Shown piece by piece: positions 23,964-37,174 of a stretch of DNA of 64,000 bases. The DNA is taken from positions 1,069,702 through 1,133,701 of the forward strand of contig NW_003314291.1 in NCBI RefSeq assembly GCF_000143415.4, written 5' to 3'. A program made the translations under genes and the position numbers. Under the pieces are notes generated by a model. That model did no database searches, was not told the DNA's origin, and saw only the letters and a program-made list of their open reading frames with translations. Numbering within the stretch: the first letter of the stretch is position 1; every line of letters begins with the position of its first letter. This stretch comes from Selaginella moellendorffii (lineage: Eukaryota; Plantae; Lycopodiophyta).

Positions 23964-26900
23964 ACTCCACCACCCATAGAAGAAGTTCGATGCCCACATC
24001 GAACGTCTCTTTTTTATCCTACGACTTGTTGACCATGTCTCCGGGGGCATCCCTTCACTTAGCGGTGTGCCTAAGTTAGCCTCCCCGGCCAAGAGCCCAT
24101 GACAACGGAATATAGGTGTCCCTATACTCCTCACCTCACCACGCCTTAGTATAGGGTCGGGACTTGAACCCAGCCTTGCTTTACTAGGGGGTTGGGACTC
24201 GAACCCAACCTCCGTAGAATACGTCTACGGATTTGACATCCCCACAGGGAGTCGAGCGTACCTCCCTACGCCTGGTTGACCTAGCTAACCCATGTTAATT
24301 AACTTACTTTCTTGGCGCCTTTGGGTCTCAACATATGCCACTTGCTCAACTTTGCAAATTGATATTTTTAATTGAACTTTGCATAAGTACATAGAGTTCT
24401 GCCTTGCAGAAATTCCTCCACTAGATCTCCCGCGAACCACTTGTTCCACTCGAACCACTTTCCGTTTGTCTGTCTGTCAAGAAGTGTTAGTGTCACCAAA
24501 CTTGACTTAATACCCCATACCTGTCTGTGGGTGATAGGTGGTGCTGAATTTCAACTTGGTGCGATACTGTTCCAGGGAAGTCCTCCAGAACCTACTAGTG
24601 AAGATCTTATCTCGATCTGAGATGATCTCTTCCGGCCTTCCCCGCACTCGAACCACTTGTTCGAAGAACAGCTTTGCCACACCTTCCGCATCCACTTCCG
24701 TTGTGGTGGGTATGAAATGTGCCATTTTTGAAAATCGGTCCACCACCACGAATATCGCATCAAACCCCTCGCTTGGGGGAAGTCCCGTGATGAAGTCCAT
24801 CATAAGACATTTCCACGGATGATCTGGAATTGGGATGCTTTGCAACAAGCCCCCACTAGCCTTAGTCACAGCTTTGACCTGCTGACATGTTGGACATGTC
24901 TTTACATAGTCTTGGACGTCCTTAGCCATATCTGGCCAATGGTACTTCCTCTTGAGTAAGCCCATTGTCTTGGGCACTCCGCCGTGTCCCGCAAGAGGTC
25001 TGTCATGACACTCTTTTAAGGCTACCTTCCTTAATTCCCTTTCTGGAACATACACCCTCGTTTGCTTGTAATAGATGAGTCCGTTGCGTTCCGCATAGCC
25101 CGTTTTCTCTTCCGTTGGCAGCTCACCTCTCTGGTGAGCTTCTCGCGCCTCTAGATTCCTCAACAACACTTCTTGTGCTAGACCATTGTTCTCATATGTT
25201 GTCCGCACATCGTCCCAGAAGGTTGCTGTTGTGCTGGATATCGCCAACCTCAAGCTCGCTTTTCGACTTAGCGCATCTGCCACGATGTTGCTCTTCCCAG
25301 GCTTGTACAGAATCTCGCAATCAAACTCGGCCAAGGCATTGGCCCACCGACCTTGTTTCCCTCTCAGGTCGGGCTGTGACAAGAAGTGTTTCGTTGCCAC
25401 ATTGTCCGTGTAAACCTTGAAGTGTCTCCCAAGGTAGTGTCGCCACTCCTTGAGCGCCTTGACCACCGCAAACAATTCCTTCTCGTGGGCAGGCCACTTC
25501 CGTTGAGCCTTGTCCAACTTCTTCGAGAAGAACGCTACTGGATGGTTGTCTTGCTTCAAAACTGCGCCCAACGCAAAGTCCGAAGCATCCGTGTCTACCT
25601 CAAAGTCCTTACCAAAATCTGGTAATGCCAACACCGGAGCCTTCCTCAACTTCCCTTTGAGGTGGACGAATGCCGCCTCGCATTCCGCTGTCCAGACCAT
25701 CTTCCCTTTTCCTGTTTGGTCCGTTAAGGGTAGGGCTACTCTCGAATAGTGTCTGATAAACTTTCGATAGTAGCTGCATAGCCCCAAGAACGCCCTCAAC
25801 TCATGTACATTCGATGGTCACTCCCATTCCTGGATCGCTTGGACCTTCTCCAGGTCCACCTTGAACCCGTCCTGGCCCACCACATGCCCGAGAAACTTTA
25901 CCTCTTGTTGAGCAAAGTCACATTTGCTCTCTTTAGCATACAGTTTGTGTTCCCTTAGTTTCTCAAACACCTTCGCCAAGTGTTCGGCATGCTCCTCTAG
26001 CGTCTCGCTATAGATCAGGATGTCGTCGATATAGACGACCACGAAGTGATCCAGATAGGGTACAAAGATGTGGTTCATTAGCGCCGAAAACGTGGCCGGC
26101 GCATTGCATAGCCCAAAGGGCATCACCAGAAATTCAAAGCTCTCATACCTCGTTCGACAGGTTGTCTTCTCGACATCTTCCTCGGCTACCCTGATCTGGT
26201 AGTATCCTGACCTTAGGTCAATCCTCGAGAAGTATTTTGCCTTTCCCAACCTATTGAACAGGTCCTCAATCCTTGGCAAAGGGTACTTGTTCTTCTTTGT
26301 ATACTTGTTGAGCAACCGGTAGTCTATGTACATGTGCATAGATCCATCTTTCATTTTCACAAATAACACAGGCGCCCCATACGGCAACTTGCTCAACCTA
26401 ACATACCCTTTGTCCACCAACTCCTCTAGTTGGCACTTGAGCTCCTTGAGTTCTTTTTCGTTCAAACGATAGGGGGGATGAACCACCGCCTCAGCACCCT
26501 CGACCAGCTCAATCTTATGTTCTATCGGTCATGCGGGGGGCAACCTCGCTGGTAGTTCCTCCGACATGGTATCCTGGAATTGGTCCAACACCCGCTGGAT
26601 CACCTGGCTGCCTTAGTTCCTTTGGTGAGTTGTCCTCTCGTGTACACCAGGTTTAAGCAGGATTCTTTGGCCTTACTTTGCCCTACCTTTAGATCCTGGG
26701 CCTCCACCCTAGATCTTCTTCCTTGGGCATTCGCCAGTACCACAAGGTTCCTACTTTGTCCATGCAGGGCCACCACGAACCAATTAAACCAATCCATTCC
26801 GAAAATCACGTCAAATCCCGCCATGTCCAACACGGTGAAATCCATGTCTACTTTCCATGTCCCTACTTTGACTCTCGCTTGTCGAAGTACCTCATCGGTG

Positions 26901-28648
26901 CTTTAGCTACCTTGAACAAACTCTATAGTCCTTGGTTCACCTAGCCGCTGCACCGTTAGTCTGGCTTGCCGGACTATGTCTGCAGCCATAAAATTATCCG
27001 AAGCACCTGTGTCAATAAGGATTTTAACAAAGATACCTCCGAGCTTCCCTCGGAGGGCTAGTAGATGTCGCGAACGACTCTCTACCAAAGTTGCTCGTGT
27101 AATGAGTAACTTTGAGTTAGGGACTGGATCACATACCTCAGTTTGGACTTCACCCGACTTGATGGCCATATTGGCTCTGGCCTTCTTTGGGTAAGGACAT
27201 TCCCTCGAATAGTGTCCCGCTTCACCGCAGTTGTAGCATATGTTGTTTCCCATGCTGCTATACGACTTGACCTTCTTATCCGTGGGTTTGTCCTTTTTCG
27301 CTTGACTCCCCCACGTACTCGCTCGCTAACCACCAGATTTGCCTTTCCGGAACCCCGAGGACTCATTCTTAGAGAAACTCTTTTTGAATTTCCCTTTGCT
27401 ATACGTTCCCCTTGGTTTGGCCCCTTTGCTAAATGTGGATCCCGACCCCATCGTGTTCCCCTTTCGCAGGTTATCGTTGAAATGCACCTTGATGGCCACA
27501 TCCAACGCTTCCTTGTAGTTGGTCGGGTTCCACCGCATCACCTCACCGCGAGCCCAGGTTTGCAAATCTGATATGAAGGCATGGAACGCATCCATATCCC
27601 CCATGTCCATGACCAGTATCCTCTTTGCCATGAACCCATTCACATATTCTTGGATGGTTCCAGTCTGCTTCAGCCTACTTAGCTCATGTCTCAGATGTAG
27701 AGTGGCATTCGAAGGAACGTATGTTGCGCGGATCCTCGCCTTCATCATTTCCCAAGTGGCCACCGGTCCTTCGTTGGCCTCTGTCATTCTCCACCAAGAC
27801 TTGGCATTATCTGCCAAGTATGGTTTTGCACATGGGACCTTCTCCGAGCTCGGTAATCACAACGCTCAGAAGTAGTCCTCCATATCGTAAAACCAATCCT
27901 CCACCACCTTATAGTCATTCACTCCCTTTAAGACCGGTGGGGGCTTTGGTTTGTACTTGGGAACTGCCTGAGGGATTGATTCTACTTTGGTCTGTTCGAC
28001 CTTGTCTGGTTTTGCCTCAGTCCCTGCCGAAGGGTCCGCACCTTCTGCGCTGCCAGCGTCCGCAGTCTTTCTCTTTTTCTTCCGCCTCTCGTCACGCTTT
28101 AGCTTGCGTACGAGAGTTTCCAGTAGGGCATTGGTCTGTGCCAACTGTCCTTCTAGCACGTCCAATCGAGCCTTGGACGACCGAACCTCGCCATCGGACT
28201 CCTGTTTGGAAGTTTCCTCACTAGAGTCCTCCTCATGCAAGGATTCCTCATCCATAGCCTTTTGTTCGACCGGAGGCTCCAGCTCCGGTGGAGGTTCCGT
28301 CTCCGCCTGGGTTCGCTTACGCCCTGCCCTTGCCATCTCCCAGCAATCCGCCTCTATCCTTCGCTAGAACTGAGGAAAAGGCTCCGATACCAAATTGTAA
28401 GCCACAAATTTTTCCTTTCCAATTTGCTAGCTTACCTCGTCTATCCGTTCGACACCGCCTTGGCCTTTGCTAAGTTCCCTCGCCAAGGTTCTCGCCTATG
28501 GTACCAACTCCTACTTGGTCCTACTTGCTTTCAGCTACTCACTGCACGAGCAACGGAGCATTAGCCATCCATCCACGGATTCCCAATCTCTCCCAATCCC
28601 CCTCCCCGGGTTAGATTGGACTTAAGGTTCGGCTACACTCCCCGCAAG
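23964..28648 (-). mobile_element. Ty3/Gypsy copy 4 internal region + interrupted 5' LTR (28396-28648)
   Basis: gag-pol fragments 28336->~24370, deletion with filler at ~24433-24460, intron 24474-24520, PBS 28381-28392. The LTR is cut at 28648. Confidence 0.9.
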
Positions 28649-28665
28649 GAGCCCGGGTAGGTTTT

Positions 28666-28706
28666 GAGCTCATGAGCTCATGAGCTGAGCTCATGAGCTG
28701 AGCTTA
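28666..28706. repeat. Subterminal GAGCT(CAT) palindromic array
   Basis: GAGCTCATGAGCTCATGAGCTGAGCTCATGAGCTGAGCT; GAGCTCATGAGCTC is a perfect palindrome. Confidence 0.8.
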
Positions 28707-28849
28707 CGGCTTCTCAAACACAAGAAAAACATTGGTTTGTCCCGAACCAACATCTTTCCATTCTTCAAATTTTGATTTAATCTATATTTCCAAGTAAATT
28801 CGACTAATAAAATACAAATATAAATATAGATCCGAACACTAAAAGCAAT

Positions 28850-30428
28850 CTAAAAACACTTCTCAAGCTCCGCAACTGTAAGGCTTGCCTGGTGGATGTG
28901 ATGGTCGATCTTAGGATCTTGGTTTAGTTCCTGCATAAAAATGTAATAGATGTGCTTGCAGGCTAAATATACCTTTCCCCTGTTTTCCCGCTGTGTAAAA
29001 TCTGGACAGGTACAGGATGGATTTTCGCAGATTTTAACAGTATAGCTCGTACCCTTTGATGACTCAGTCACAATAATAAACTCCTTAGCCATAGCACTGA
29101 TGTAGTTTGTCTTTGTGATTGTGCACTTTAGCTCTTTTGCTAGCTTGATCTTCTCTTGTGCACCTTTTGAAATGGAAGACCTGTATTGTATAGCCTTCCC
29201 ATTCCTAGCTGGTCGTGTATGCCGGTCTAGTGTTGATATTGGTGGCATAGCAGTACTAACAGCAACATTTGAGGAAGTCTTTAGCTTGAAACTTGCTCTC
29301 TCCAGACTTTCAATCTCTTTTTTCAAAAGATTGCAGCTTCGCTCAACTGGCCACTCCTCTGGCACAGAATCTGGCTTCAAAATAATTGAGCTGTGGATCC
29401 GGCTTGTATGAGTAACATCAGTCCCACAACAGTAGATCCAGCTTGACTGGTGGCCCTTCACTCCTAGATCTCGACAGCCCCAAAAACATGGCACTGCTGA
29501 AGAACTTGAACCTGAGCGCACAAAAGCGAGACACTGACCTCGATTCCCAATCATTCCAGAGCAACATGCATTGCTCTTGGCACTGACTCTTTGAATTGCC
29601 CAGTTGATACGAGAAACTGGCTCGCGAGAAATAACCTTTTCAACCTCTGGCACTGGACTTACTTGTGTAACAACTGGCACCTCCTCCACTCCATGTTCCT
29701 TAGTTCTTTTCCGGTGTCGTGGAACAGAATGGTAGTCAAATTCTGGACGGTGAGAGCTAGAAGGAGTGATGTTTGACCCATCAAATGTCTGTTGACGCTT
29801 CATACGGGCTGTTCTCATGTCCCCAAGTGGCTCATAACTTGATTTCATAGGAGTTCCAGCAACAACTTCCTCCACCATCTTGGACATTGACCCTGCTGCT
29901 GGTGTTGTCCTTCTACCAACCCGCTCTTGAAGCCTGTCTAAGTTCAGACTTGTACCAGCAAACCTTGCTTCCTGTGCAGCCAAAGTTTTTGATGATTGCT
30001 CAAGAGATCTAGTGAGGTCGGAGAGTGTAGCTTCATAGAGGGACACTTTTCCTTTCCCTGCTTCGGAAGCTCTCAACCTCCAATGTTTGCTCTCAGAGAG
30101 ATTAATTGTTGGTGTAAGTGCAATATCATCAAGTGGTTGATCCTACAAAAAATGCAACATTTGAATGTGACAAGAAAGAAAATGAGAGAAAGCTTACATG
30201 GAGAGTATAATGACCCCACTGAAACATTCGAACTTCCCACCATGCAAGCCAGCATTCCATTTGTGGAAGGTTTTCAATTGGCACTTTGTCTCCTTCACAC
30301 CACCATATGCGCATTTCATTTGTCTTTGCCTCGTGCTCCTCTTTAGTTGGTGCATCCATCCATTTCCGACAAAGCTGTTTGAACTTGTGATGGAAGGTAG
30401 ACTTGATGCATCGGCAATGTTCATTGAC
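28850..30428 (-). pseudogene. MULE-like transposase, 3' exons with the catalytic Glu region and a SWIM finger
   Basis: Exon 30428-30198, GT-AG intron 30197-30143, exon 30142-28850 reading PTINLSESKH (NxxESxH) and CTCPDF...ACKH (SWIM). Confidence 0.8.
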
Positions 30429-30870
30429 AAGCTCTATTTCGTTAAAGTGGGAATTGTCATTATCCCACTTGTAAAATAAGGTTTCCAAACCTTTATATAG
30501 TATATAAATATAACAAAATTCAACTGCATTGAGGCACATGCCATTTTATTTTAAACAAGGAAATGTCTACTCAATCACTTCTCCTCCCCCTGCCACTGCT
30601 TCACCTCTCTCTTCTCCTTGTCATCGTCGTCCAATTTCTTTCCATCCTTTTAATATTGGCTCAGTTGCTCCGAGTCTAGGTGGAGCCCAAGTCCCCATTC
30701 AATCTTTACTTTCCCCTTAGTAATAAAATAACTTCGTAGACTTCCAATAACATGCTGTAACACTTCTAGTATAATGCAAATCCTCTCAAAGAATTGTCTT
30801 TTAATATTAATACAATGGCATGGAACCCCATGCCATAATAAGTTACATTTTTAAATAAATACATGCCATC

Positions 30871-31733
30871 TCAGACTGTTATTTTTTGCCTCCAACGCCT
30901 ATACAATAATCTTGGAATTTCATCACTCTCCACACTATCAGGATTTAAACCCAATAGTAATGCCATCTCTTCTCTAATACGTCCACGCTCATGTTCAGTG
31001 GTCGAAGAACCCATCCGGTTGAGCAGATTATGGAGATGCGGATAGTGCTTAGCTAGACAATATACATGCCATAAATGATGACTGGTGTCTGTCCGATCAA
31101 ATGGCTTCTGATATACCGTTCCATCTGCCATTTGGTTGATTTCTGCAGCCACCTCCTGGACTGGCCGGTTCTCTATCACCATCGCTTCAAGCCGTTTTGC
31201 AAGGTCCCCCAGAACATACGGTTTCTTCTCCCTGGTTTCCATACTGCAAGAGATGGGGTGCACTGCATATGTGTGCGTGTTCGCTGCAATTTTAATCGGC
31301 GAGTCATCGATGATGAGGATTTCACTTGACCTAGCAGTCCGGTTCATCACTACAGCCTCTGGCTTGACGAAGATGGGCTTGCTACCCCTCACATGGACCA
31401 TAGTCAAGCAATCCTCCTGCGTTAGGAGAAAGTCAAATGGTAATATTACTCGCGTTTGATCGTGCATTATCTGTAGCAACGTTAATGCATTGTGGCGCAT
31501 CATGGATGTCCAAACTCCCAATTGCAAATTGAACCCGGCCCTCTGTTTTAAGTGTCGCATGGTCATTATTAGATCCCGCAGTTTCTCCCGTGTGATTAAT
31601 GTGAATCTGTCTCTTTTGACCAACTTGCGACCGCAGGCTTTGGAGGGTGCAGTGACATTCGAGGACGAGCCACGCTCATGGGAGAAAAGGACACCGTTCA
31701 GATCAAAAACGATACAGTACTTTCGCCGTGACT
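30871..31733 (-). CDS. FCP1/NIF-family HAD phosphatase-like terminal exon
   Basis: CIVFDLNGVL (motif I variant), GVWTS (motif II), FVKP (III), LIIDDSPIK (IV). Confidence 0.8.
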
Positions 31734-34700
31734 CTGAAATGAAATGCGTCAGCATAAAAAATGGTACAAGTCAATTTTACCATCTACAATATTAGCGAAT
31801 GGTGCTCCCGATGGTCGTTCAGAGGGTTTTGGTCGAGGAAACGTGAAGGGCGGAAATACTCTCCTCTGCAATGTGGGGTCAATCGCATCCGATGGCGTGT
31901 GGGCACATGCCATTTCAGCTATAGACTCTGGTACAACTAGCTCAACAGTGGCATGGGGTGGTTCCGATGGCGTGTGATCACACGCCATTTCAGCTGGTGC
32001 CTCCGTTGGCAAAGTGGACATGACCGAACAGGCAGCAGGGGCGGTGTAGGGAGGTTCCAACGGCGCATAGTCAGACGATTGGGCACACGTTGAGTCCGTT
32101 GGAAATGAGGATACGACCGGCTCGGCGGCTGGGGCGGCCTCATGCGGGTCCAATGGCGCCTGGTCACCGTCAGTTGGATACGTGGACAAGATTGACTCAG
32201 TGGTATGGGCAGCATCAAGTGGAGCGTGGTCAGCTTGCTTGGCGTTGATATGGATAGTAGCCTCCACCAGCTCTGATGACTCTTGCAGGCAAGTAGAGTC
32301 CACTGGCGGATCCATATGCATGTCCAAATATCTCCCTTTGATTGAGATGGTATCCTCCCTACTGGCTACTAAAAACAAACTCATTAGCACATTGAATCGA
32401 CTATACTGTATTTACCATCAACTGCTATTGGGCGCATTGCTGATTCTGAAGGATTGGACATACATTTCGACCCTTGCTTGGCACTATCCTTCCTCGACAC
32501 TAAAGGCTAGAGTTTGTATCTTAATTCAACTGAATAATCTCTACTTACCATTTCTTCTGCGACCTACATGGACAATGTTAGAAATGGTAAAAGGTTAGGA
32601 ATGGATGTACTATTATTTACTTGATGGTTTGTCTTGTATGACCTTCCTCCGCTGCTCTTTGGCCACCTCAGGCTGGCCATCGTCGTCATCATCATCATCG
32701 TCGTTATTGTGATCGTCACCATTGTGAGGACCATCCAAGTCCTCTTCGTCCTCCTCTTCTTCGTCCTCCTCTTCTTTGTCCTCCTCTTCGTCCTTTTGCT
32801 CTTCCTGCTCATTATCTTTCTCTGGCTCCTCATCCCCCTCCTGCATTTCTTCCATAGGCTGCTCAGGCTGGATGGCTTGTTTTTCCAGGACCATCTTGGG
32901 AAAATCATCTGGCCGAGTCTCCATCTCAAAATACAAGACATTCATAGCCTGTTTCAGTGCTTGACCTAGGACCGTATCCTCACCCGACTGTCTTAACATG
33001 GTTTCTGCACGTTCTTGCACCCTTCGAAGACGACGAGATGAGAAAAACGTGGCCCTGACTTGAAAAGCATCCCTCATCCATTGTACCTCTCCATTGAGAT
33101 TGGGGAAGGGGAGTCCGCCATAGGAATCTGAGTCAGGAGGTGGTGACTGGCTCCTTTCACTCAGCCCTTGATCTGCAATGAATGGCATGAGCACACACGC
33201 CATAACCGCGAGGCATTACCTATCATCTTTTCTTTGCCCTTCTTCCTTTTCGAATCAAACGCCTCTGATCCCGACGACTGTCCAACGTGCTTTCGCTTTT
33301 TATGACCACTGTCAGTTTGAGCTTGGCTGGTGCTTGCCTGTTTTGCCTTTGAAGAAGTGTCTCCTGCAAGGAATGGCATGAGACCACACGCCATTGCAAA
33401 TATAATTTGTACCTCCTTTTTTCCTATTGCTTGTCTGTTTGTCCTTCTTCGACGCGCCACCAGTGCGCTTTTCAGTCCTCGTGTCTGAATATTCACAACG
33501 ATCTATAATCAAAATGGCGTGAGGCCTCACGTGACCTTACCTTGTGCAGGTTGTGAGCTCGGCCTAACATCAGTAGCTGTTAACGCCGTTTCAGCATCTG
33601 GGGGTGGCCACGCTCCTGCATATAGAGCTTGTGAGATAACATTTAAACTTAAAGTGCGTACTCACCAGGTTCGCAGAGAAGATATTGTTTTTCTTTGGCA
33701 ACTGTAATTATATGCTCCATTGAAGTCACCTCTTCAATGGAGTTTGTCACCACAACACACGGGACACCCTTGAGTAGTGCAACTCGAAAGAATAGTCCGC
33801 CGCAGTTGTACTCGATAACGCATTTGCCCTTGGTGTCACCCGCTATTGCATTGAAGACCCAGCTGAGCATTTCCCATGCTGCACCTGGAGCTTTCTTTGG
33901 ATTTGAAAGCTCCATAGCCGTCTTCAGTTCCTCAGGCACGGGTAAATTGACCTCCCTCAGATCAATTCGATCGGCCTTGTCGAACGAAGCTGGGAAGTCA
34001 CTCCAGTCCCACTCTGCTGCAGGACCAATAACAAGGGCGAGTGTGAAGATGCGGACATTCGTCGGTATCTTCTTCTTAGCCATTATCCCATGGATCTCCC
34101 GCATCTCCTTGCCTTTCAACCGAGCCTTCACCTCGTTCAAGGCCTTCCAGAACTTGTGATAGGATTCGGAGTCGTAGATCATATAGTGGACTGAAGATTC
34201 CACCTCCGCAAGTCCCACCATTAAGTCAATGATGGAGCTGACTTCGTCTGCATGAGTGATCTCTTCGTTTGTGAAGTCCATCACACAAAAGATGTTCTTG
34301 ACCTGCTCATCTCCGCGGGAAACGATGCTCCTCCACCTTTGATCCTCATCCGAATTCACGTATACCCGGTAAGGTTCTCGATAGGCCTCTGCTGTGGGGT
34401 CGAGCTGTTTCTGAAGTCGGCGGTCGACATCCCTCTTAATGAAATTTGGATACTGATCCAACTTCTTAGCTTTACTTTTCGTGGCATCCCGCAGCAGATC
34501 GATGAACTTGGGGGCCCACTTCACGTACTCGTCGATGTCTTCATTTGACAAGTCCAGCTCTTCCATCATCTCTTGCGTGGTGTCGATGCTCACCCTCTCC
34601 ACGGCCACTTGCTCGAAGATCCAATCCTTCAATAGCGCACGAGCTCTCAGAGTCGTGCACAAGTCCTCGTATGTCACAATATGGCCGGGAGTCATTTTGG

Positions 34701-36449
34701 TCTTGTTGAAGACTACCTCACCACATAGAAGAGCATTAGCCACTGTCAGAAGGTCGTCGTCGTCTAGAGACCGCGAGAAACGCAAGGCGTTGAGCTTCAA
34801 ATCATTGGGCTTCCGGCCGTCCTCCACACCCATTGAGTTTAGCAACTCCCCGTCATGGTACCTCCTCAGCACATCTACCCATTTGTCAAAAACAACTTTT
34901 GTCGCGAGTAGAATGTTATGGATGTTGAGTGTGTCATTGACCCCCAGTGTTTTCGAGAGAAGACTCGAGAATTCCTGCAATGGAAATGGCGTGAGGCCAC
35001 ATGCTATGCCACATGCAACGAGGCTTACCTGCCAGGCGCTAGTTGCTAGTGCACGTCCTTGTCCTGGTTTTTGTGGCTTCTTCAGTTGAACCCAGAGCTT
35101 CCGTGTTCGTGCCAATGTCTCGTGCAGACCCGATTTGTAGCACGTTTCTTGCTTGACATTCTGCGTGTGGGAGATGGATATGATAGATCGGAGGGGCGAG
35201 TTGCCTTTTATCAGGCGGACAACTCTTGTCTTGAAGACTTTCTTCACCTCCTCGCCCACCATAATATCCAGAACTATCTCTTGCATCGCCAAGCTAGAAT
35301 GCTGCCCGGAGACGGCATAGAACCGGATGTTCTGATCGTCCAACACCTTCCTATTGATCAAGTTTGGAAACCTCGTCTCGCCCTTCATTGTTTGGTAGTA
35401 GGGGATCACGTCTGCGATGTCGGGTGTTACTGGACTTGCCAGCATCTTCTGCTTCAGTTTCTCCACCCACTCATCAGATACTAGCCTGTGGTTGTATTTG
35501 CTTTGGATGTCGATACGGCTCACGTCGATTGTATATACTTTGTTGGAATAGTAACAAGTACTATTATCTGCGACGATTTTTGCTGCCTCTTCTTGCTCTT
35601 TCTGCTCTTTGCGGCTCTTCTTTTAGGTGGGTGTAGTGTTCAAACCCGAGGCAATGGCATCACCGAGTAGCTTCTTTTTTGGAGTAGCAGAGTCGGACGT
35701 CGGCTTGAGCTTGACCACCCTTTTCTGCTTCGGGATAGTTTCCAGATCGACCCCCTTCCCCTTCGCTTCACGAACTGGAGGCACTCTCAACGGCTCAATG
35801 TTGGAATATAGTTTTTGAACATCGCCGTAGGTGAGGTCCGTGGATTCCATGTGATCTTCATAGACCCGCAGCGTCTTTGAAATTGTGGGCCTTCTGGACA
35901 ACCTCTCCCTAGCTCCCTCTAGGAATTCCTCATAGCCGCTGCCCCCCTCCGGGAAGCCGCTAGGATGTGCAAGGTGGATCTTGAAGGCGGACGCTGTCTC
36001 TACCACAAGTGCCAGTCCATATTCTTGCATGGAACTGCATTGAGTGTCTGTCACTTGGATGAGGATCCCCATGCATTCTTTTCTCCCACCATCTGTGTTG
36101 TACAACATCAGATCCTCGCCTTCCATCCCGAAAGTCCAACTGGTGAGCTCCTCCCCCTTCTCTGCATCCACATTGACAGTGGCTGGAAGAAGAATGCAAT
36201 TCCTCACCTGTTCAGAAATGCACAACAATTAGAGCTGACAGATGAAAAGCTAGCAGCTGGAAATAACGTGAGGCCACACGCCATTCACCACTGCATCAGA
36301 TGTCTTGAGGCTGCATCCTAAGATGGCGTGAAGCTACACGCCATCTGTAACCGGACTGCACTCGAGAGCCCAATCGGTGCATGCCAATGTTGCTACTGAA
36401 TGGCATGTGGCCTCATGCCATTTTCTACTTGGCCTAAAAGACTTACCAT
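30871..36449 (-). CDS. Multi-exon cargo gene: ParB/Srx-like + methyltransferase-like fold + acidic linker + FCP1/NIF HAD domain (one premature stop at 35623-35625)
   Basis: Candidate ATG|GTAAG at 36449-36447, long exons ~36200-33666, short GT-AG introns that keep the frame where checked, intron 31734-31780 joins the HAD exon in frame. The 5' micro-exons and those at ~32370-32620 are not fully resolved. Confidence 0.7.
35280..35540 (-). CDS. ParB/Sulfiredoxin-like (DGQHR-like) domain within the cargo gene
   Basis: YTIDVSRI...NHRLVSDEWVEKLKQKM...DVIP...RFYAVSGQHSSLAM follows the ParB-N pattern with GxH; the usual Arg is Ser. Confidence 0.65.
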
Positions 36450-36664
36450 TTGAAGCCGAATGGAGGCCGTGACAATCAAGGCCGGACTCGCTGGCGAATG
36501 TGCACTGTGTGTGCAGCGGATCATAGCAGCAAGGCTACTCTGCCACTTACAGTTGGAGAGTGGCGCTGAAATCTCCCGGGACGCCAAGTGGGCTGCGTGT
36601 GGGTGGCGGAGTGGGCGGCGGAGTTGGCGGCGAAGTTACAAACTGGGTGTGTCTTGAAGTGGAC

Positions 36665-36840
36665 GCCGATGCACACGAGCGCGATGCAAGCGCGAGTGTG
36701 ATGCAAGCGCGAGTGGACGCCGATGCACACGAGAAACCTGTAGAGAAGTGAGCGTGATCGCGAGTGGGAGCGCGATACGAGCGGAAGCGCGAGTGTGATG
36801 CAAGCGCGAGCGCGAGTGTGATGCGAGCGCGAGTACGAAG
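36665..36840. repeat. CG-rich GCGAGTGTGATGCAAGC-type repeat array upstream of the cargo gene
   Basis: Directly visible; mirrored at ~60100-60275. Confidence 0.75.
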
Positions 36841-37174
36841 CAAAATGCAAAACCTAACCTCACACGCGCGAAATGTCACAACGGTTGGTAATCCCGCCAC
36901 GTCATCATTCCTCGGACTTGGGCGCCACCATTAATTTCTGGATTGCCGCGCGCATGCAAGCACGCAAAATCCAAAAGAAATCCGCAACGTCATCATTCCT
37001 CGGACTGCATGCACGCGAAATCCAAAAGAAAGATCATGATTGGGATATCATTTAATACCCTCGCTATATTTATACCATGCATGATTGGATATTCCAAAGC
37101 ATCTTGTATTTCCAAAAATGGCAGATGTTCAGCTAAATAAAGAAATTCTATCTGTTTCTATTTTTCTCTCAAAT

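Noticed and set aside
28850-30076. SWIM ORF as cargo of the Sola-like element or as a host gene
   Set aside because: It lies outside the TIR/TSD and splices to the MULE-like transposase.
33649-35523. Bacterial/plasmid ParABS or prophage contamination
   Set aside because: It has spliceosomal introns, no ParA, and sits in a plant TE context.
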